64,000 bases of DNA, taken from Psammoneis japonica. Lineage: Eukaryota. The notes below the pieces were generated by a model. The model was not told the DNA's origin, did no database searches, and saw only the letters and a program-made list of their open reading frames with translations. A program made the translations under genes and the position numbers. Positions 1-9,369 of this stretch are shown in pieces. Location of the stretch: NCBI GenBank assembly GCA_008632985.1, contig QPGO01000008.1:1-64000 (forward strand). The letters run 5' to 3'. Positions within the stretch are counted from its first letter, which is position 1. Every line of letters begins with the position of its first letter.

Positions 1-1002
1 ACGCTTGTTTTCCTTGAAACAACATGTTTGTTTTCCTTGAAACGACATGTTTGTTTTCCCTGAAACAGCGCGTTTGTTTTTCTTGAAAACACATGTTTGT
101 TTTCCTTGAAAAGACATGTTTGTTTTCCTTGAAACCACATGTTTGTTTTCCCTGAAATGACACGTTTGTTTTCCTTGAAAAGACAAAATTGTTTTCCTTG
201 AAAAGACACGCTTGTTTTCCTTGAAACGACGTGTTTGTTCTCCTTGAAACCACGTGTTTGCTTTCCTTGAAAACACACATTTGTTTTCCTTGAAAAGACA
301 TGTTTGTTTTCCTTGAAACAACATGTTTGTTGAGATGACTTTGAAGCAACATGTTTGTTTTCTTTGAAACGACGCGTTTGTTTTCCTTCAAAAGACACGC
401 TTGTTTTCCCATGACATTTTTTTTGAAATGACGTGTTTGTTTTTCTTGAAACAACATGAGTGTGCCTTGAATTCTGTGCAAGAGCGCACTGACGGAAGCA
501 AACCAACATGATTCCATGTGCAGGAGAACAGCATCTGCGCCCCACAAGAAGCTTGCGCCTGTCCCCAAGTGCAGTTGGATCCATGAGACTGCAATGTGCA
601 GCAATTTGTGGGGTTGACCCTCTCCCAGATGAAGATGTGTGATGCCTCTGGAATGCTTGAGCAGCGCCCACAATTGAGCAACTCCTTGTTTGATGTCTGG
701 CGGTCAAAACCCACCACCGCCAAGAGTTTGTGGGGCACACAAGATGAGTTGTTTTGTGCTTCAGCTGCACCCACATTTGAACATGTTTGTTTTTCTTGAA
801 AAGACATGTTTGTTTTCTCTGAAAAGACATGTTTGTTTTCCTTGAAACGACGCGTTTGTTTTCCTTGAAACGACATGCTTGTTTTCCTTGAAAAGACATG
901 TTTGTTTTCTTTGAAATGACATGTTTGTTTTTCTTTAAACGACATGTTTGTTTTCCTTGAAACCATGTGTTTGTTTTCCTTGAAACAACACGTTTGTTTT
1001 CC
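1..1002. repeat. 23-bp tandem satellite (consensus ~ACATGTTTGTTTTCCTTGAAAAG), interrupted by ~320 bp of non-satellite DNA at ~459-780; runs off the window start
   Basis: Direct tandem units are visible. Minus-strand translations recur every 23 aa (3 x 23 nt). Confidence 0.95.
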
Positions 1003-1667
1003 TCAAATTGGTCAGGAACTTGGGAGGAATGGGCAAAAAAGGCGGCAAAAAGGCAAGTTGACAATCTCAGAAACACGGTGTGTTCGGCTGCTGGGGCGGA
1101 GGCAATGGCCCGTAAGTTGGGTGACCAATGTGTGTGACTCGAGAGTTGCACGCATCTCACAAGAAGATGACGGTGATGCTTTGTCTGTGCAGGCGTTGTC
1201 GCCAAGGAAGAGGGAAAGGAAAAAGAAAAGAAACTCAAGGCGGCAGTCAAGAGGAAAAAGCAAGGCAGGAAAAAGTCAAGCCGTGACAAGAATGAAAAGA
1301 AAGACATCCCGATTGTGCCGACATGGGATCCGCTTGGCCCAGACACTGTCGCTGGCAGCAAACAAAGGAACAAGCAGGCATGCAAGTGGTTCTGTGATCA
1401 CACCCCTGTTTGCAAAAATTGACAAACCAAGGATTGTGTGGCAGTGCAATCATGGATTGGCACATGGCAACAAGGTGGAGGCAGAAATGGCGATGTGGGC
1501 ACTGTGAAAAATGGCACACATGATTCTCAACAAGTTGTCGCGACATTGGCACAGCAAACTTGCAACCAGAGGTTGGAGCGTCATTGTGCGACAACAATTT
1601 TTTGCAACATTTTGACAAATTGTCATCATGCAAATCCACACATTTTTGGCATTTCGTGCACTCTGAT

Positions 1668-1883
1668 GCGTGTGTTGTGCACAGCATCATCACACAGCAT
1701 TTGTCCAACTCTCCCTCTCATCACAGGATGGGTTGTCGCCATGTGGCACATCTGCACAGTGGACTTGCGAATTAGACCATGCACTCCCTCTGTCAGGCAG
1801 GATGGGTTGGTGCCATGTGGCGCATCCGGCCAAGGGAGGAGTGGGTTCGAAGCCCAGCCGCCCACCCCGGATGGGGTTGGAAA
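1668..1883. repeat. Partial unit of a ~412-bp tandem repeat (left flank of Copia-1 insertion)
   Basis: Matches 8916-9130 (tgtgttgtgc.cagcatc.tcacacagcatttgtccaact...ggatggggttggaaa). Confidence 0.9.
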
Positions 1884-2065
1884 CGAACAAATGCCGATGC
1901 AGCCGCGTGGGGCAATGACAGCACCTTAAGCCCAAGAGCAGCAGTGACAAACCAAAGAGAACCCTGTGTCGATTAGATCGCATGAGATTGTGGGAAAGAA
2001 CAAACCACCAGATCGTGCGCGTCAGCCCCGGACCAGGGACTGACCGCTCCACCCAGATTTGCTCG
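1884..2065 (-). repeat. Copia-1 3' LTR (182 bp)
   Basis: Direct repeat of 8533-8714. Imperfect inverted ends cgaacaaat/atttgctcg. Confidence 0.92.
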
Positions 2066-2229
2066 GTCCCCGCGAAACGGCAGTGACAACGCCGATTCGT
2101 CTAAACCTGGAACATCCTCTCATAGAGAGGCAAACACAAAACCCAAATTCAGACCACCAGCAATGCTGGCTTGGGAGGCCGAAAACACGTGGGCGCGAGC
2201 CGCAGGTGTCTGGCCTTGGTGTCGGGGCT

Positions 2230-5200
2230 CTGCCAAAAGATGCAAGAGCAAAGTTTCCAACGCCGCTCTCCCGTCGTCACCTTCGTAAACAAATCCGCCA
2301 AATTCGTGTCGTGTCCTCCTTCCCGACGCGAGTGATGCCAGCCGCAACCGCTTCACGAACCAAATGACAGTTGATGGCATTGTGCTTCTTGTGCAACACA
2401 GATTCCGGAACACTGACGTTCTTCACCACGCCGTGGTTGTTGCAAAATACATTGGCAGGGCCTTCAATCGGCACTCCAAACATACGAAGTTTGTAACGCA
2501 AAGCAACAATCAACTCCTTGCGGGTGCGCATCACAACCAATTCGCTGCCAAACGTCGCCGACTCCACTGTGTTCTGCCGCTTGCTAAACCAAATGATCGG
2601 AGCATTGTTCACGAACATCAAAATCCCGCCATGCGATCTGCGAGTGACAACGTTTCCCGCATGGTTGGCGTCAACAAATGCAGGTGTGTTTGCCGGGTTG
2701 CCACGGGGCTTGGGCATCCGTGGCGGCAACTCCTCCTCAACGTCCCCATAAAACTCCGTCCAGTCCGCAGTGGAATTGAAAACAGATTCGTCAATCACAG
2801 GCATCTTCGGGTCAAAACCAATGCGACCGACATTCAAATGCTTCTTCACACACGCGAACACGTGGTGCAACGCTTCGAGGTGCCCTTTCCTTGGGTTGGC
2901 TTGACACTGAGAGAGAATGGAAACTTCATGCAAGACATCGACACGGCCCAACTCGATCGCCCAACGACAAATGCCAATCAACTGCAAACACCTGTCTGCC
3001 AAATCGGGTCCCAACTCGTCCGTTGCGTCTAATTCCGGCTTGCACTTAGAAGGCAGTGGGTCCCTCACATTGTTCTTCAAGACTGCTCCGTCACCGTCCT
3101 CTTCTAACAGCCCTTCCACCATCTTGATCGCCGACTTGACACACGACTTCGGTGAGCTTGCCCAAATGGTGCGCCCATCTTCGGTCTGAACCTTCTCGAC
3201 GTCGGCTCCAAGGCACAACGATGGCTCTCCTTCACTCCCAGGTTTGACAGCAAATGATTCACCTGTGCTCTCAACAATGGATTTTCCTTGATGAGAAATG
3301 ATTAGAATGTCGTCAACACAAACCAAAAGCATTTCATAACACTCGTGCCCATCGTCGCGAGTTGCCGCACGAATGTGAACGTCGGGATCCGCCTTCATTG
3401 ATTCAAAACCCATGTTCCGTAAAACCGATGCCAATGCGGACCTCCAAGAGCATCCAGAGCTCTTCAAACCGCACAGCGCTCGAGTCACAACTAGAACCTT
3501 GCCTTGGCACTCTCCACATTCCCTGCCACCTTCGAACCAGATCTTCTCGCACACGGGGCATTCAAACACGCGTTCTCCAGGTCGACAGCCGCAATGTCCA
3601 CTCCATTCAATGCTGCCAGCAGGAATCCTAACCGCACGCCATCCCTCGAAACAACACTTGAGCATGTGATCGATGATGGTGTTTCCGCAGTGTGACCTCC
3701 TGCAACAAATCTGGCCTTCCCAGTGAAATCCATCTTCACGTCAAATGCCAAATGGCACCTGATCTCCTGATGACCACGCAAAGTTGCACTCTTGCCTTCC
3801 CGGACGACTTGAGGGGTTTCAGCTTCATGTTCGCGCCACGCTGTCTTGACCTTGTTCATCTCCTTGTCAATTGCGCGAGCCCAACAGTCCGTCCCCGTTT
3901 CCTGGTCAATCTTCAAAGCATCTTCCGTAGACTTGGGTAAACGCGTGCCGAACTTGTGGGTGGTGCGCCAATGTTTCTTCTTGACCTTCGAGATGATGCG
4001 ATTCCGCTTGCGTAAAACATGCGTGACCCACCAAGCAAACACCGGTTCTTCGGTTAACCTGTTCGCTGCAGCATGCTCAGCAAGTTCAATCGGGTTAGAC
4101 TCCTTCAGATCCTTGAGTTTCACCCACGACGAGCTGCCGTCCTTCCATGCGACCAATGGGTTCCATCCTTTCGCAGTTGTCTTCTCATGTTCGTTCCCAT
4201 CAGCTGTCTGAACTGTTCCTTCCTGGATCGGCACAGCTTCGCCGGTCTTTTCGTGATCCTGTGTCTCCCGCAAAATAGAGTGCTGGTTGCCTTCGCTGTC
4301 AACTTGAGCAAACACATTCTCCGCGATCACATTGGCAGTGTGCTCATCTCTGGTGCCGTCTGTGCATTCAATCTCATGTTCGCGGGTGTCAAACAATGGA
4401 TTCTGATGCCGGGTTCCAATCGGTCGCCCATCCTGACCTCGTGCCCACTTGACTGCGACTCCTCGCCGTTCAGCGTTAGTCCCAACATCAAACATGAGTT
4501 CCATTCCGAGACATTGATCAATTGCCTGTTCGTCGTCGTCCTTGGGTCGTTCTCCTGGCAATGACATGTCCCCGCACTCCTCATCGGTTGGTGTCACACC
4601 ACCTTCATGTTCCACGCCGGGGTTGCCGTCGATCGCCAAATCATCCAATGCAAATGCTGGTGCCGCTTCGTCGCCTTGTAAAACGAAATTGGTGTCATCT
4701 AACCATGCCTCCAGTTGTTCGTTAAACTTGTCGACTTTCACACGAATGTCCGGCTGCACCATGTCGGCCTGCGTTGCATGCTTGACCGAAGTCTTCGAAA
4801 CTGTCTTCCCGGATTCCGTGATGATCCAATGACACATGTCCGATCCGACCTTGTGAGACACACCAAGCCATCGTCCAAGCCTCCTCAGGTCATCTGTTGC
4901 ATTCGGCTTGTCGTGTCTGTCCCACCACCAGACCAGATCACAGAAACCGAAGTCCAAATGCTCGCCTGTTTCGGGTGTCTGACCAGCTGCCTCTTCACAC
5001 CCAGTCCGTTTGTCGCGGCCTCTTGCCATGCGAGACACAAGTTCCGATTCACAAACTAGACCAAAATCCCACAATCGTTTCGGTGCCTTCTTCCTCGTCA
5101 TCCGCAGGCGCCAACGCTCAGCCAAGAACCCGATCTCTCTTTCTGCTGTGTGATTCTGATTCTTACGACCTTGTTCCGTTGTCCTGAGTTGGACCCTCAT

Positions 5201-6370
5201 TCGACGTGCGTGTTTCACAAACTCGGCACTTCGTCCTGTGAACTCTCCAGCACCATCCGACATGAGATGCTCCGGCACTCCCACATCGTCTGTAAAGTCA
5301 ACGAGAGACAAACCTGCCTCCGACCTTGCGGTCATTGGCACAACCTTTACGAACTTGCCCTGAGTGTGAACATTGGCACAAGTGTTGCCGAGCAAAGACT
5401 TCACCTTGGATGTTAACGTGTCCACAAACCATGTCCCTTTTAATCTTTTTCGATGCAGGTCCAAGTGATCCACCCTGACTCTCCTTGACATTGGTTGGGT
5501 CGCCGTCCNNNNNNNNNNNNNNNNNNNNNNNNNNNNNNNNNNNNNNNNNNNNNNNNNNNNNNNNNNNNNNNNNNNNNNNNNNNNNNNNNNNNNNNNNNNN
5601 NNNNNNNNNNNNNNNNNNNNNNNNNNNNNNNNNNNNNNNNNNNNNNNNNNNNNNNNNNNNNNNNNNNNNNNNNNNNNNNNNNNNNNNNNNNNNNNNNNNN
5701 NNNNNNNNNNNNNNNNNNNNNNGACTGGAGACAATCGAGTGAGTTCAGCTTCAACCTCGCCCCATTGGACTGCTTGAGACTCAGCCCTGTCGCTCTTCAT
5801 TTCTGAAATCTGTTCCTGTCTCATGCCAGATGTCATTGAACGGATGGCACGCATCTCAGATTGCTCCCTTGCATGCTGTGGCAAACCCATGTCGACTTCC
5901 ATTGGACTCCATGCGTCTCCTGTTGGCAGTGTCACTGGCAAGTTCTTCTCCTCCCAATCCGTCGGAACACGAGACTTGAAAGATGCAATTGTCCCCGTGG
6001 AATTGAAAGGTGTGAAAGCTTCATCAGCTTTGACTCCAAACCCATTTCGAGTGTCGCAAGGGTTGTCGTGTGCGGGCACATCACACGCTCGCAACTGATT
6101 GGGGTTCAACAATGAATGCTGCATGTCAGCTCCAAACCATGGCATTTGGTCTCCAACCAGCAAGCACTCGCGAGTCGTTTCCGGATCCATCCATGCTGTG
6201 CAACAACGCGCCACAGGAATCTGTTTAACCGGCTCACACGAATCTAGAAACGGGTGCACTTCACAGACTTCGTTCGTCAATTCCACAAGTTTCCAGTTGG
6301 CGCCAGCACAACAAGCATCCACATGAGTGTCACATTCGTTCCTTGCCATGAAGCCGGGTGTCGTTAAGTT
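2230..6370 (-). pseudogene. pol: Copia-1 pol (protease, integrase with chromodomain-like C-terminus, reverse transcriptase, RNase H); frameshifts near 3555 and 2310
   Basis: ORFs 3491..6550 and 2277..3665 carry Copia motifs with Tyr replaced by Cys or His. Confidence 0.92.
5509..5722. other. Assembly gap (214 N)
   Basis: Run of N. Confidence 1.
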
Positions 6371-6559
6371 CGTCATCGCGGTGGCAGTCGTTGACCTCAT
6401 CACACGTTTCGAAGTCACAGCAACGCGCCTTTTCGTCACCTTCTCTTGCAAATGAAACATTGGGTGGGGTCCAGTTAACAACATGATGAGCAACATGAGT
6501 GCAAATGACATGTGCACCAAATGCACCAACGCTCCCGTAGTTGAAACCACCCCGATCAG

Positions 6560-8084
6560 TCAAACATGACCTTGACAGGCCCCTCGACCGAAAGCGCGCC
6601 CATTCCTGCCACCATGATCACGGTCAGCTCCGCGACCGCGGCCACCGTTTTCACCTTGCGCTTGACCTTGCTGCCCTTGACCTTGACGGTCTTGAACCTG
6701 AGCTTCGGCTGCTTGCCTGTTGCCTCCGTCGCATCCGCCTCTTCCTGTGGGGTTTCCTCGACCACCGCGTCCGTGCATCCTTTCACGAGCTTGAAAAACA
6801 CAATTGAGACCTCCGTTAAAGCGCAATCTGTCCCATTCCTGGTCGGCAAATGTCCTCGTAGGATCCGATGCATCGAATCCGTCAATCACAGTTGTGTGAT
6901 CACCGCCCCTTCCTTGATGTCCTCCGCGTCCTCCACCGTGGCCAAATCTGCCGCCACGCCCACAACCGCCACGATGGAAACCTCGGCCACCACCGCCACC
7001 TTGGCTGATCTGAGAAATCTTGCGCTTCGCATGACGCCGGGCTTCCAACTGAGCACCTGCATGCAAACGAGAGACTTCGGATGAGAAATGAGCACACGCC
7101 CCCGCGAAGTCACGAGGGTGCTGGTTGCCAACAACGGCCGTAGCCGCCACAAGACGGGCATCCTCCGATTTGATGCCCTTCTGCAACATTTCAACCTTCT
7201 GCCGAGCAGACATGCTTTCATCCGGAACCTCATCCAAAGTGGCAAAGGCACTGGTGAGTTTCTCCGTGAATTTCTCAAACGCAAGTGCACCTTCCTTTTT
7301 TGTAGAATGACGTTTCGATGTTGGCCTTGGCCAAATGAACTCACTTGCTCAATTCGCCTTCGCCATTGCAATGGTTGACCCAGGCCCAGAATGCTTCACG
7401 TCCATTCTCTGTTGCGTCGCATGGTTCAATCCAAGCCCAACCAGCTGCATCAATCAAATGCTCTTTTAACATGCGATGCACGTGACGATTGTCCACATCA
7501 AACGCGTCTCCGGCAAGCGGCAACTGATGCATGCGCTCCTCCTGATTGTCCGCGAACTCCGCCGGTGCAGGCATCCTCCTCACGACACATTTCAACGGCT
7601 CCTCAAGCACACCAAGCTTCTGCGCCAACAAGTTCAAGAAAGCGTCTTCACACACGTCAAAATCTTCCGCTTTGAATTTGGTGAGGCTGTCAACCGTCGC
7701 AGTGGATTCCGTAAACTCCTTTTCAATGCGCCTGCCGTCCCCAGCCGCCGCCACAGCTGCAATGTTAAAATTCGCCGCAACCAGTGGCTGGCTCCGTTTC
7801 GTTAAATCTCTCAACCACCAAACCAACGCCTGCAAGTTCTTGATCTGCATCGTCCCCAGCGTCACGCGTCCATCGGCTGCTGCACGACGAGCCGCCCTTT
7901 GGGCTAGATCCTCAACATCATGGTCCGTTTCCACAACAGCAATGTTCTCAAGAGCAGCAAACCCTTCATAGAAAACAAGCCTCGCCCCAGCGTGTTGGTC
8001 AACAACACCACAAACTTGCAACACCGCATCTGCGTCAGCCGCCGCGGCCAAAGCCGCAAGTGCCACTGCTGGTGCCGCTGCCAT
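6560..8084 (-). pseudogene. gag: Copia-1 gag (RG/GG-rich C-terminal region); in-frame TGA at 7341 and frameshift near 7295
   Basis: ORFs 7341..8147 and 6560..7237 lie upstream of PR. GR-rich nucleocapsid-like tail; NGREAFWAWVNHCNG resembles a copia gag motif. Confidence 0.8.
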
Positions 8085-8519
8085 CCTGTGATGAGAGAAA
8101 CAGAGGCAACAACCCATGCAATGGGTCGCAATTTGGTGTGAGTGCACATGGCACAGGAGGCTGCACCGACCGGTGCCGTGATGATGGGTTCACGCAGCCA
8201 ACCGACTTCGGGGTGATCAATCCCGTGTCGTTTCCATCGTGAGCACACGCTCGGGCACACTGCCCAATGCCGCAGTCGTTCCACACCCGTTGACAACATG
8301 GAGATGGTGACTGTTTTGCGAGCATTTTCCGTTGCAAGCTGTTTCCTTTGGTCGTCATACGCGACACAGAGCACACGCTGCACGCGACAACCCCCTTTTG
8401 ATGCCACGTGTGCAAATCAGCACATTTTCTACAGCTGCTCGTTCCATGCACACAATCACAACAATCAACCGTTTGCAACGAGTTGCTTCCTCATCCGTTT
8501 CGTTCAGCTTTTCATCAAT

Positions 8520-8532
8520 GGCTCTGACAAAG
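8520..8532 (-). promoter_or_regulatory. Putative tRNA-iMet primer-binding site of Copia-1 (CTTTGTCAGAGCC; cf. canonical TGGTATCAGAGCC)
   Basis: Directly follows the 5' LTR on the minus strand. TCAGAGCC core is intact; TA appears as TG. Confidence 0.6.
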
Positions 8533-8714
8533 CGAACAAATGCCGATGCAGCCGCGTGGGGCAATGACAGTGCCTTGAGCCTGAGAGCAGCAGTGACAAA
8601 CCAAAGAGAACCCCACGTCGATTAGATCGCATGAGATTGTGGGAAAGAACAAACCACCAGATCGTGCGCATCAGCCCCGGACCAGGGACTGACCGCTCCA
8701 CCCAGATTTGCTCG
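8533..8714 (-). repeat. Copia-1 5' LTR (182 bp)
   Basis: Direct repeat of 1884-2065. Confidence 0.92.
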
Positions 8715-9368
8715 GAAAGGGGCAGGCCGAGAAAGAAAAGGAGGCTTGGATTTGAGGCCAATTCGAGCCAGCGACCTCAGAAAGTGCAAAGACTCACAAC
8801 CAGTCAGAACGCTGCACACTGTCCTGGCAAGTGCAGGAGGTTCTCAACAACCCAAGAGGCAAAGAAGTTGCCACTCGGCTGGCTGTTGAGTCCCTTCTCC
8901 GCGCACACATTTGGGCGTGTGTTGTGCGCAGCATCGTCACACAGCATTTGTCCAACTCTCCCTCTCGTCGCAGGATGGGTTGTCACCATGTGGCGCATCT
9001 GCACGGAGGACTCACGAATTTGACCATGCACTCCCCATGTTGGGCAGGATGGGCCAGCGCCATGTGGCGCATCCAGCCAAGGGAGGAGCGGGCTTGAAGC
9101 CCAGCCGCCCACCCCGGATGGGGTTGGAAAGGGGTGGGCTGAGAAAAAAAAGGAGGCTTGGATTTGAGGCCGATTCAAGCCAGCGACCTCAGGAAGCACA
9201 AAGACTCGCAACCACTCAGAACACTGCACACTGTCCTGGCGAGTGCAGGGGTTCTCAACAACCCAAGAGGCAAAGAAGTTGCCACTCAGCCAGCTGTTGA
9301 GCCCCTTCTCCGCACACACATTCAGGCATGTGTTGTGCACAGCATCGTCACACAGCATTTGTCCAACT
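8715..9368. repeat. ~412-bp tandem repeat, ~1.6 units
   Basis: gaaagggg...ggaggcttggatttgaggcc... starts at 8715 and again at 9127. Confidence 0.9.
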
Positions 9369-9369
9369 G

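Larger units (their letters stand above)
1884..8714 (-). mobile_element. Copia-1: full-length Ty1/copia (diatom CoDi-like) LTR retrotransposon, inactivated
   Basis: Two 182-bp LTRs with GAAA duplicated on both sides. Order is gag-PR-IN-RT-RH. Motifs: DTHVDACCAG (PR), SDGAGEF..AEREI (IN), FDVKMDF.KARFVAGGH, ALCGLKSSG, VCVDD (RT), FVDANHAG (RH). Confidence 0.95.

Noticed and set aside
1003..1667. Separate transposon between the satellite and the 412-bp repeat (also the insert at 459-780)
   Set aside because: The DNA is TpA-depleted, but I found no TIRs, TSD or coding motif, so it is left unassigned.
2230..8084. Alternative genetic code or ADAR-type RNA editing as the cause of Tyr->Cys/His
   Set aside because: Neighbouring genes use Tyr normally. 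Changes occur as both A->G and T->C, differ between paired LTRs, and affect DNA transposons and satellites.
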